Of a stretch of 64,000 bases of DNA, positions 1-8,903 are shown piece by piece; within the stretch, counting starts at the first letter, position 1; the number at the start of each line of letters is the position of its first letter. Location: NCBI GenBank assembly GCA_965216875.1, contig OZ244207.1, positions 640,001 to 704,000 on the forward strand, read 5' to 3'. The position numbers and the translations under genes were made by a program. The notes under the pieces are model-generated. The model was not told where the DNA came from and ran no database searches. It was given only the letters and a program-made list of their open reading frames with translations. This stretch comes from Rubripirellula sp. Its GTDB lineage: Bacteria > Planctomycetota > Planctomycetia > Pirellulales > Pirellulaceae.

Positions 1-839
1 ATGACCCGCAAGACCCTGTTCATCCGGTTGGATTTCGAGGACGTGAAAAGTGCCAGGCTGACTCGCTTGCGATTGTCTGTAACAGCAATGAGTTGCGATT
101 GCTCACGAACGTAGCGGATATCACCGAGGCGGCTCTTGCACTTCTGTCGATGGAATCCGCGGAGGTGGTTGTTGTTAAGTGTGGCGCTCGCGGCGCGTTG
201 GTATGTACAAGCAATGGTATTGAGAAGGTGCCTGCGTTTCGGACTTCGAGTGTCTGGCCGCTGGGCTCCGGGGATGTATTTGCGGCAAACTTTGCACATC
301 AGTGGACTTGTCTCGAGAACGAAGCGGTTGAAAGCGCTCTTGCGGCATCAAAAGCAACCGCCTTCTATTGCCAAGAACGTACGCTTCCAATTCCTTTGAA
401 AGTGGAAGACACGCTAGGAAAAAGCCTGAGTCCGATCGTTCTGAATGATGAAGCAAAGAGGAAGAAAATCTATTTGGCGGGACCGTTCTTCAGCGTTATG
501 GAACGATGGATGATTGAGGAAACACGATCGTTGCTATCGCAATCGGGTTTTGATGTTTTCTCGCCGTTACATGACGTTGGAATTGGGTCAGCAAGCGAAG
601 TTGTCCAGCAAGACCTACGTGGACTCGAAACCTGCGACGGCGTCTTTGCAGTATTGGACAATCTAGATTCGGGCACGCTTTTTGAGGTTGGATACGCACG
701 CGCTAGAGACTTGCCTGTTGTTGGTTATGCGGAAAACGTTGCCGAAGAATCACTAAAGATGCTTGAGGGCACTGACTGCCACATTCATCACGATTTTGTA
801 TCTGCAATCTATAGTCTCCAGTGGGTAATGGGTGAGTAG
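1..839 (+). CDS. PfkB-like carbohydrate/nucleoside kinase fused to a C-terminal nucleoside 2-deoxyribosyltransferase (NDT)-like domain; 5'-partial
   Basis: Frame of ORF 93..839 is open back to base 3 (DPQDPVHP...). PfkB features VVVKCGARGALV and PLGSGDVF (GxGD). NDT features IYLAGPFF, VFSP, DLRGLETCDGVFA and DSGTLFEVGYA. Confidence 0.85.
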   Translation, partial: DPQDPVHPVGFRGREKCQADSLAIVCNSNELRLLTNVADITEAALALLSMESAEVVVVKCGARGALVCTSNGIEKVPAFRTSSVWPLGSGDVFAANFAHQWTCLENEAVESALAASKATAFYCQERTLPIPLKVEDTLGKSLSPIVLNDEAKRKKIYLAGPFFSVMERWMIEETRSLLSQSGFDVFSPLHDVGIGSASEVVQQDLRGLETCDGVFAVLDNLDSGTLFEVGYARARDLPVVGYAENVAEESLKMLEGTDCHIHHDFVSAIYSLQWVMGE

Positions 840-1437
840 TGTGGAACTATTGCTTCTTAGCGGTGGGATCGACTCTGCTTGTCTCGCATTTTGGCGTCGG
901 CCGAAGCACGCAATCACCATTGACTACGGACAAGTCTGTGCGAAGGCCGAGCGTGATGCTTCATCACATTTCTGCCAGCTATTTGGCATCAAACATCACA
1001 CGGTTCGTCTTGATACGGGAATGCTTGGATCGGGTGACCTAGCTGGGCAACCACCTCATGAATTGGCGCCGGAAAGTGAATGGTGGCCGTTCCGAAATCA
1101 GTTACTTCTCACTGTCGCCGCAATAACAGCGGTATCCTTGAGAGTTGATAAGCTCCTACTCGGGACAGTTAGTAGCGACTCATTTCACGCGGACGGGCGA
1201 GTCGATTTTGTATCTGCAGTTGATCGGCTCCTGCAGTTGCAGGAAGGCAATCTTCAAATTGAAGCACCGGCAATTGCAATGGATAGCGCAACGTTAGTCA
1301 AGGAATGTAGGATTCCGTTTTCACATCTCGGATGGGCCCACTCGTGCCATACCAATGACTTGGCGTGCGGACATTGCCGTGGCTGCAACAAACATCGCGA
1401 CGTGATGGAACGCTTGGGCGTATTTGAGCATGGTTAA
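832..1437 (+). CDS. QueC-like PP-loop ATPase (7-cyano-7-deazaguanine synthase family)
   Basis: LLLSGGIDS PP-loop, IDYGQ, WPFRNQLLL and C-terminal Zn cluster CHTNDLACGHCRGC; overlaps the upstream stop. Confidence 0.88.
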   Translation: MSSVELLLLSGGIDSACLAFWRRPKHAITIDYGQVCAKAERDASSHFCQLFGIKHHTVRLDTGMLGSGDLAGQPPHELAPESEWWPFRNQLLLTVAAITAVSLRVDKLLLGTVSSDSFHADGRVDFVSAVDRLLQLQEGNLQIEAPAIAMDSATLVKECRIPFSHLGWAHSCHTNDLACGHCRGCNKHRDVMERLGVFEHG

Positions 1438-2101
1438 CCGTGATCCGTCGCCGCGCAAAGTACGACTTGACTATGAGGAGGCAAGTCTATGCGTTGCGGC
1501 AAAGCAGAATCTCCCTGTGCCAAAGGCGAACAGTGATCGAGCGTTTTTCGATGTTGTCCGCAGCCGCCGGTCTTGCAGGAGTTTTGGTGCGTTGACGGAC
1601 GAGCAACTAGGCTCGCTTTTCTGGTACACAGCCAAGACGACGCGGACTTTGGGATCATGGCAGGGCCGGGCGACGCCTTCGGCAGGTGGCATTCATCCAG
1701 TCGATCTTTTAGTTGTCGATCATTGCGATGAAAGTGTTCGATTGAGAATGTATGATTCGATGTCTCACGCTCTGTCAACTATTCGCATCGACAACGAACC
1801 TGCTGCCCTCTCATTGTTCGAGCGTTTAAATGGAGTTGTTGAGATTCAAAATGGCGCGGCAATTGTATTCGCGGCACAGTTTGAGAAAACAAGAGCGGTG
1901 TATGAGAACGCTGACAGTCTTGTGTGGCGAGATGCTGGTGCGCTACTGTACGCGTTCTACACCGTTTGTGAAGGAGTGGGGCTTAACTGTTGCGGGATGG
2001 GCATTACATGTTCATCAGAAGTTGGAGAAGCGTTAGGGTCGCCACTCTACGAAGGAGTCGGTGGCTGTGCCGTTGGCAGCAAGCAAACCGGAGCAACATA
2101 G
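1430..2101 (+). CDS. SagB/ThcOx-type nitroreductase-fold (FMN) dehydrogenase
   Basis: RRSCRSF FMN-binding motif, RATPSAGGIHPV and WRDAG; ATG at 1430 overlaps the QueC-like stop (track start 1424). Confidence 0.8.
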   Translation: MVNRDPSPRKVRLDYEEASLCVAAKQNLPVPKANSDRAFFDVVRSRRSCRSFGALTDEQLGSLFWYTAKTTRTLGSWQGRATPSAGGIHPVDLLVVDHCDESVRLRMYDSMSHALSTIRIDNEPAALSLFERLNGVVEIQNGAAIVFAAQFEKTRAVYENADSLVWRDAGALLYAFYTVCEGVGLNCCGMGITCSSEVGEALGSPLYEGVGGCAVGSKQTGAT

Positions 2102-2283
2102 GTGTGAGTTGGTCGATGAGACGTCTGCCAAGAAGCCCTTTGTAGCCGTATATAAGTGCCTGGAAGTCGATGTATACGTCCAAAGCTGATGATCGCAACA
2201 TGTTGGTTCGATCAGGAACGGATAGTGATTTGATTCGGACGATTTCTGCGGTTTGTTACAGCAACGATTAGTCGGTGAGCATT

Positions 2284-3315
2284 GTGAAAAGTATTGCGTT
2301 TTTCAACAACAAAGGCGGCGTCGGTAAAACGACGTTGTCGTGCAATATCGCTGCCCATTTTGCTAAGGAACTTGGGAAGCGAGTGCTGGTGATTGATTGT
2401 GATCCTCAGTGCAATGCGTCGCAATTGATTCTATCCGAGGAGCGATGCTTTGATGTTTATCAAGCGGAGTCAGGCGACGATGCATCAACGCTCCTGTCAA
2501 TCCTTCATCCAATTAGCGATGGAGACGGTAGTATCGCGACCGATACAACGCCCGAGCTTTCAAGTCAAAATCGCTTCGCGGTTGATTTGATTCCCGGTCA
2601 CCCTGGAATGTCCGTTGTTGAGGACGTACTAAGTACGGCGTGGAATGATCTGCGGGCGTCTAAGGTCGGTGGGTTTCGCATCACGAACTGGTTCCCGCAA
2701 CTGATGCGTCAATTGCACAATCGTTACGACGTTGCATTCGTTGACCTTGGGCCCAGCCTTGGTCCGTTAACGCGAAGCGTGCTGCTGGGTGCGGACTATT
2801 TCGTTACGCCAATGGGTTGCGACATATTCAGCATAGTTGGGATTCAGAACATCGGTGAATGGCTAGAACGTTGGATTGACGAGTACGGTCGATACCTCGA
2901 GTTTTTTAGACGTGACAATAGCGCTGCTATCAAACGTTTTCAAATCAAAGAGCATCTGTCGATCCAGAACGGTTTTTCCGGTTACACGGTTCTCCAATAC
3001 ATAACGAAGTCACGCGGCGGAGAACGGAGGGCGACCGGTGCTTTCGAGGATATTCTTGAGCAGATACCCGAAGTCATCGAGTCGTCCCTTGGTGGTTTCT
3101 TTATTGATGATTTAACTTTGGGCAACGCACATCTAGGCGACATTCCGAACCTCTTTAGCTTAGTCCCACTTGCCCAGTCGTCACATTCACCTGTGGTTGG
3201 GCTTGAGTCGAGAGACGGATTGGCGGGCGGGCAATACAAACAACAAGAGGTCTATGCGGAATTCATTGAGCGTGTTGGGAATCGGCTTGCGATCAACACG
3301 GGATTTGATGGATGA
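2284..3315 (+). CDS. ParA/Soj-family ATPase
   Basis: Deviant Walker A FFNNKGGVGKTT, VLVIDCDPQCNAS and FVDLGPSLG; likely GTG start at 2284 (track start 2275). Confidence 0.88.
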   Translation: MKSIAFFNNKGGVGKTTLSCNIAAHFAKELGKRVLVIDCDPQCNASQLILSEERCFDVYQAESGDDASTLLSILHPISDGDGSIATDTTPELSSQNRFAVDLIPGHPGMSVVEDVLSTAWNDLRASKVGGFRITNWFPQLMRQLHNRYDVAFVDLGPSLGPLTRSVLLGADYFVTPMGCDIFSIVGIQNIGEWLERWIDEYGRYLEFFRRDNSAAIKRFQIKEHLSIQNGFSGYTVLQYITKSRGGERRATGAFEDILEQIPEVIESSLGGFFIDDLTLGNAHLGDIPNLFSLVPLAQSSHSPVVGLESRDGLAGGQYKQQEVYAEFIERVGNRLAINTGFDG

Positions 3316-4169
3316 GCATCAATTGGCCACAGTCGCTGATCCCTGAGGTCGCCGAGCGGCGTTGCATTATCGTACTGGGTTCTGGTGCAAGTGCGGGTTC
3401 GTTGTCGAGCGATGGAAAAACCCGTCCTCCGAATTGGAGCAAACTCTTGATTGACGCGGCGAGCTTGCTCGCCGATGACGACAAGAAGGTCGTGTTGGCA
3501 CTTGTCGCGAACGAGAAGTACTTGGACGCGGCCGAGATCGTCGTAAACCGGTCGAATGAGGCGGACTACGCCGAGTTTGTTCGAGATACTTTTGTTGAAC
3601 CTCGATTTGAACATTCTGAAATCCACGAACAAGTTCTTGCGCTTGATGCAAAGATTGTTGTTACGACGAACTACGATGACATATACGAAACCTACTGCAA
3701 GACAGGCAAGGGATCGCAAGGATACAATGTATGCCGCTACTATGAGTCCCACGCATTAAATGACGTTCGATCAAAAATGCGGATCATTTTGAAGGCGCAT
3801 GGGTGCGTTTCCGATCCGCAACGCACCGTACTTGCTCGCACTCAATATCACCGAGCTCAGCGTGAGAACTCGCAATTCTTCAATCTTCTCGATTCTCTTT
3901 TCTTAGCCAACACGCTTTTGTTTATTGGCTGCGGGCTTGCGGACCCCGATTTCAATTTGTTGCTTGAGAGCACTAATATCAAGTGTCCCAGCGCGCATCC
4001 ACATTACGCGGTCGTCGAGAATGGCGTTCCGCTGCCATTGCGCCAAGCGACCCGTACCGTTTACAACGTCGAATGCCTGGAATACGAGGCAGGGCAGCAT
4101 CAACAGGTTGTTGATTCGCTTAAGGAGCTAAACAATAAAGTCAGTGGTTGGCGCAGCACTCACTCATAG
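3312..4169 (+). CDS. SIR2-like (SIR2_2) protein, putative NADase
   Basis: IVLGSGASAG, VTTNYDD, LKAHG and LFIGCGLADP motifs; ATGA overlap with the ParA-like stop. Confidence 0.85.
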   Translation: MSINWPQSLIPEVAERRCIIVLGSGASAGSLSSDGKTRPPNWSKLLIDAASLLADDDKKVVLALVANEKYLDAAEIVVNRSNEADYAEFVRDTFVEPRFEHSEIHEQVLALDAKIVVTTNYDDIYETYCKTGKGSQGYNVCRYYESHALNDVRSKMRIILKAHGCVSDPQRTVLARTQYHRAQRENSQFFNLLDSLFLANTLLFIGCGLADPDFNLLLESTNIKCPSAHPHYAVVENGVPLPLRQATRTVYNVECLEYEAGQHQQVVDSLKELNNKVSGWRSTHS

Positions 4170-4365
4170 ACCGGTGGCGCTAACACGGTTGTCGAAGGAG
4201 AAAACGTCACCACGCCGCCGGAACTTCGGTAGATGTTCCAATGAGCAGTGGCGGATAAGTCTCCATTCCCGCAAACGCCCGCACCAACGCAAACGGATGT
4301 GTCACGTCGGAGCGACCGCGGGCGGTAACGCCCGAGAGAGCAAGCGACGAAATGCCGTTAGGCAC

Positions 4366-4742
4366 GGCGACTCATGGATGGTCGCCGCGAATGTGCCGTC
4401 GGGGCATGGATGCAGCCGGAACGCAGGCCATGGATGGCCGGAGTGGAGGCCGAGCGTAGCGAGCCGACGGCTCAAGCCGAGGGAAGCCCGTCCGGCAGGG
4501 AAGCGACCGTAACGAAGCATCAACGATTGAATACCAGATGTGTTTCCAATGCAGATTGATCTAACTCAACGAAAAGACGGGAGCGTTGCCGGTTAAGGGC
4601 CGGTGACATTTGCAGCGAATCGCCGGTTTGCCGAAGGTTTCAACCGTTGAACCACCGGATTGACAATCCAACACGAGCGGAGTCACCGCCGAGGCGGCAA
4701 GGCATGGATGCCGCTTTATAACTTCCGTAGCCATGGATGGCG
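4366..4742. repeat. Cluster of five CATGGATG-centred palindromes
   Basis: CATGGATG at 4373, 4405, 4429, 4703 and 4732, each centred in a short stem (e.g. ggccatggatggcc, cggcgac-tcatggatg-gtcgccg). Confidence 0.65.
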
Positions 4743-5326
4743 GAGGTCGATTTAGAGGCGGAATCCGTGTCTGTCCGATCTTCCCGGAACTGCGACCGTA
4801 TTTGGAAGAAGCCTGGGACGCGGCGGAAGATGGAGCAACGCGAGTCATCACGCGATACAAGAATCCGAAACAGAACCTGCGAACGCAGCTCGAGCGGATC
4901 ATCACGCGAGCCGGTCATCAGTCCTGGCCGCGATTGTTTCAGAACCTGAGAGCGACCCGCGAAACGGAGTTGATGGCTCGCTTTCCCGCAAAGGATGTCG
5001 CGACCTGGTTGGGCAACAGCGAGCCTGTCGCGATGATGCACTACGCGATGGCGACGAAGGCAAGTTTCGAGGCTGCGAAAACGACTGTCAGTTCGTTCGG
5101 AAGTGACGCCGATGAAGGCGAAGCAAAAAGCGAAGCACGAAATGACGAATCGGGCGAAAATGCGAAGCAAAAAGCTAAGCAGCACCAAACCGAAAAGAAT
5201 GGAGCCAAGTCGCAAAGGCCCGGAAAAAAGCGGGACAATCGCGACTTGGCTCTAGTGGGCTCCACCGCTGACTACAGCGGTAAGCTCCCCCGACAGGGGA
5301 TCAACTGCCGCTCTATTCACCGGTAA
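4733..5326 (+). pseudogene. C-terminal remnant of a tyrosine integrase (older element)
   Basis: WPRLFQNLRATRETEL...WLGNS...HYAM parallels WPKMFVNCRASCR...MGHS...HY of the intact integrase. No N-terminal or core-binding domain is present. Runs into the att repeat. Confidence 0.8.
5283..5297 (+). repeat. att core direct repeat (distal copy) agctcccccgacagg
   Basis: Identical to 16176-16190, which overlaps the tRNA-Asn 3' end. Confidence 0.9.
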
Positions 5327-5492
5327 ATGAGCGATTCGTCGGTCGTGGTGGTGCAGATGTGGTGCATCCTGACCGGATCGAACTCGCCCGACGGATCCTC
5401 ATCGAACACGGTCTACGAGATGTAGCCGAACTGCTCGCACTTACGGAGCCGAACATTCGTGGTGCCGCCTCTGTTGATTCGGGGGTGGGCCG

Positions 5493-6032
5493 ATGATCGT
5501 CAGACTTCGCGATGTGAAGGGAAACGCCCCGTACATCCCACCCTTCCCGGTAACCATGCCGACCGAGGAGCCAATCGATCGCTCCCTCCCACTGGACGAC
5601 CAGATCATGGCACTCACCTGGATCCCTGCGATCCTCGTGTCTCGGTTCCTTTACCAGTACCCGAACCTCGATTCAGAAGCAGACGAATTGTTCTCGGTCG
5701 GAATCGAGGTAGTTGTCGACATGGTCAACCGAGACGACGTCGACGGTGACGACCTCATCGCGTGGACGGTGGTCAACGCACGGCGAACGATGGAGGTTTA
5801 TGCGAGCGGTCTCGACTCTGTCGTCAAGGTTTGCCAGTCGACTCGCTACAATCGAGCGAAGCAAGGTAGGAAAGTGCCCTCGTCGGGAGAGCTGACCGAG
5901 CACGGCGGAGCGGGAACGGACGACACCGAGCGAATTATCGAGCTAGCGTGTCAGGCTCTCGACCTTGACATCCGGTCCGCGTCTTTTGCCGATCGAAAGC
6001 AGATCGCAGATTATCTCGGACTTACTACGTGA
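5493..6032 (+). CDS. Hypothetical protein, weakly sigma-70 region-2-like
   Basis: 179-aa ORF; EADELFSVGIEVVVDMV...LIAWTVVNARRTM resembles the sigma region 2 pattern by eye. Confidence 0.5.
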   Translation: MIVRLRDVKGNAPYIPPFPVTMPTEEPIDRSLPLDDQIMALTWIPAILVSRFLYQYPNLDSEADELFSVGIEVVVDMVNRDDVDGDDLIAWTVVNARRTMEVYASGLDSVVKVCQSTRYNRAKQGRKVPSSGELTEHGGAGTDDTERIIELACQALDLDIRSASFADRKQIADYLGLTT

Positions 6033-6345
6033 TTTCGCTTTGGCAGTGAGACCGATCTGCGGCAAGCCATGGGCCGATTCCGTGCGGAAGGCGGCGGAGG
6101 CGCGCAAAGCAAACGCACGGGCGAAGCGTAGGCTTGGCTAGAGGCATAGCACTCTACCGACGGTACGACTGGGACGAAATCGAACCGATCTACGGCAAAC
6201 CTTGGGCGGAATCTGTCAAGAAAGCCGCTGCCGCACGCAAGGCGAAGGCAGAGGGACTGAGGAACGACAGCTAGTGTCCGGCTTTTGGTAGTCAATCAGT
6301 TCGCTAGAATTGTCTGCGACAAAATACTCATTGGGGCACGACAGC

Positions 6346-7749
6346 ATGGACCCGACTATCGCAGAGCGGATGACGGAAGAAATCACCGGGAAATCAGTAG
6401 GCGGATGGTCCGTCGGCTCTTTCCTAGGTGCAGGGAAATCAGCATTGGTATTCGAATGTGCCAGGGATGACACAATCGCGGCGTTAAAGGTATTCGACCC
6501 TGACCTTGTAAACAGGTACGGGAAAGATACACAGCTAGAGCGTATTCGCAGAGAATTGTCGCTCGTGGGAAAACGTCATCCAAATCTGGTGCAGATCTAC
6601 GACGGAGGAGAGTGCCCGGATACTGGTTACCTTTTCGTGGTGATGGAGCTGATTCCGGGAAGCAATCTTGAGGACAAGCTAGCCGACGTCCCCCGGGACC
6701 GAATTCCCCCAATAATGTCACAGGTGACATCTGCTGCGATGTACTTGGAACAACTCGACATGGCCCATCGAGATATCAAACCTTCCAACATCGCGATAAC
6801 AGATGACTTTCAGCGGGCGGTACTGATGGATCTCGGAGTACTGCGACCGTTCGGCGAATCAGACTTGACTGACCAAGACGCGAAGGTCTTTGTTGGTACG
6901 CTCCGCTACAGCTCGCCCGAGTTCTTGTATCGAGCCGATGTTGGAACCAAAGAGTGTTGGAAGGCAGTTTCCATCTACCAACTTGGCGGAGTGCTGCACG
7001 ACCTGATCATGCGGAAGCAGCTTTTCCACGACCTCAGCGATCCGTTCAGTTTGCTTGTCGATGCGGTGAAATCACAAAGACCGAACATTTATGCAACAGA
7101 TGTGTCACAAGAGTGGGTCGATCTCGCACGAAATAGCTTGACTAAAGACCCCGAAGCAAGGTTGCGACTTGTTTCCTGGGATGATTTTCTAGTCACGGAT
7201 GAGTCCAATCGGGATAGCTCTGAAGCGATACGAGCCAGAGTGATGAAGAGGCAGCTGGCATCGCGACTACAAGCGACAGGGGAGGGTGATCGGTCCCAAG
7301 AGGCCAACATTCTCACTCACAAGATCAAGCACTTGGCAGAGACGATCGAGAACGCAGTTCACAATCAGTGTGCGGGCGACGACTCTTTCCCTCGCATGTC
7401 CATCACGAGCAACGACAGTCATCCCGTAGTCCTTCGTGTCGAGTTTTGCCCAAGTGACATCCACCTGCTGTCCCATACTATGGTCGCTTACTTCAAGTGT
7501 GAGATCGTCGACGAGGACTCGTTTTCGATCTGTGTGGACGCCTCATCCTTCCTGATTCCCACATCGACCGGCGTTGAACACCCGGCGTATGAACACGATG
7601 TGTTCCGTGGGAGAATAAGTTCTCCGAGCTTGGCCAGAGGGATTTCCGATTACCTTTACCAAGTGATTGATGCCGCCCAAAGCGTGTTTGGGATGGAGAT
7701 TACGGAACCATACGACTTGGGTAGCAGTTCAATGGGGCGCGACGAATGA
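6346..7749 (+). CDS. Hanks-type Ser/Thr protein kinase with uncharacterised C-terminal domain
   Basis: LGAGKSALV, AALKVF, HRDIKPSNI, DLG and GTLRYSSPE; ATG at 6346 (track start 6310). Confidence 0.9.
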   Translation: MDPTIAERMTEEITGKSVGGWSVGSFLGAGKSALVFECARDDTIAALKVFDPDLVNRYGKDTQLERIRRELSLVGKRHPNLVQIYDGGECPDTGYLFVVMELIPGSNLEDKLADVPRDRIPPIMSQVTSAAMYLEQLDMAHRDIKPSNIAITDDFQRAVLMDLGVLRPFGESDLTDQDAKVFVGTLRYSSPEFLYRADVGTKECWKAVSIYQLGGVLHDLIMRKQLFHDLSDPFSLLVDAVKSQRPNIYATDVSQEWVDLARNSLTKDPEARLRLVSWDDFLVTDESNRDSSEAIRARVMKRQLASRLQATGEGDRSQEANILTHKIKHLAETIENAVHNQCAGDDSFPRMSITSNDSHPVVLRVEFCPSDIHLLSHTMVAYFKCEIVDEDSFSICVDASSFLIPTSTGVEHPAYEHDVFRGRISSPSLARGISDYLYQVIDAAQSVFGMEITEPYDLGSSSMGRDE

Positions 7750-8903
7750 GTGGAACGTGGTGGGTCGGACAAAGCGACTTAGACGAAGATCAACTTAAGA
7801 TTATTTCTTTGCCGGAAACCGAGAGCTTCTTGGTCACGGGGCCGCCCGGGTCTGGAAAAACAAACCTTCTGCTGCTTCGAGCGAACTACCTCCATCTGAT
7901 GGGCTATTCCAACATCGCAGTGGTTACGTTTACGCGTTCACTCCGGGAGTTCATCGCAACTGGTGCGACTGCGTATGAGTTTCCAGACTCTCGCATCATG
8001 ACGTGCAACGAGTTTCTTTCCGACTTTCTCAAGCAGTTTGGTCGCAGAGTTTCACGCGATGGTACGTTTGAAGAGGTTCGGCGTCGAATCGCCGCAGAGG
8101 CCCGCGAGGTAGTCGATGAGATGGGCTTGGAAGACGTCTATGAGGCGATCCTGCTGGATGAAGCTCAGGACTACTTGCCCGAAGAAATCGACCTGTTTCG
8201 CCGTCTTGCCGAGCGACTTTGCTGCGTCGCGGATGGCCGACAGCAAATCTATGGGGGAGAGGATCCTCATGCAACGATTAGGGCGTGCGTCGACTCGTCC
8301 CATGAACTCAAGTTCCACTACCGGATCGGACGCTCGATATGCCGAGTTGCCGACGAAATAGCCAAGAGATGGAACGGGTTCGAGCCCATGATACAATCAT
8401 CCATGTACGTCGAGACCGACAACCCGTCGACCGTCGACACGACTCAGTGTGAGACGCTCGATGACCAAGCAGAATTGATTTTGAAGCGGCTGAAGACCCA
8501 GCTGACTGCGTTCCCGGGAGAGTATCTGGGCGTGCTCTGCCCCAAAAATGAGGAAACTGATCAGATTTGGAATTTCATCGCAAGTTCGGATCTTGCCGAG
8601 CATGCTGCCTTGCTGAAGAGTGGTGAAGACTTGATCCAATTGGAAGGCAAGCAAATCGTCGTCTCCACCTTCCACGGAGCAAAAGGTCTTGAGTTCAGGG
8701 CTACACATCTCGCAGCATCCGAGTCATTGCACAGCTTCCCAAATAATCGAAAGATGGCCTTTACCGTCGTCACTAGAACGAAAACCTCATTGTCCGTTTA
8801 TCACTCGAAGGATTTGCACGCCTACTTTGAGTCGGCTTTGAACTCACCAGACCCCGACCACACCCCTCCATCAATAGATGACTTGTTCGGAGGTGGCGTA
8901 TGA
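7746..8903 (+). CDS. Compact UvrD/Rep-like superfamily 1 helicase
   Basis: GPPGSGKT, LLDEAQD, ADGRQQIY, HYR, STFHGAKGLEF and VVTRTK motifs; ATGA overlap with the kinase stop. Confidence 0.88.
   Translation: MSGTWWVGQSDLDEDQLKIISLPETESFLVTGPPGSGKTNLLLLRANYLHLMGYSNIAVVTFTRSLREFIATGATAYEFPDSRIMTCNEFLSDFLKQFGRRVSRDGTFEEVRRRIAAEAREVVDEMGLEDVYEAILLDEAQDYLPEEIDLFRRLAERLCCVADGRQQIYGGEDPHATIRACVDSSHELKFHYRIGRSICRVADEIAKRWNGFEPMIQSSMYVETDNPSTVDTTQCETLDDQAELILKRLKTQLTAFPGEYLGVLCPKNEETDQIWNFIASSDLAEHAALLKSGEDLIQLEGKQIVVSTFHGAKGLEFRATHLAASESLHSFPNNRKMAFTVVTRTKTSLSVYHSKDLHAYFESALNSPDPDHTPPSIDDLFGGGV

Noticed and set aside
832..1437. Housekeeping queC of queuosine synthesis
   Set aside because: Island location, unusual partner genes, and no queD/queE/queF in the window, so the gene symbol was withheld.
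2284..3315. Chromosome or plasmid partition system
   Set aside because: No ParB or parS seen; coupled instead to a SIR2 gene.
4323..4363. Integron attC site (cggtaac...gttaggc)
   Set aside because: Only ~41 bp, left end does not fit RYYYAAC, single copy, and no integron integrase.
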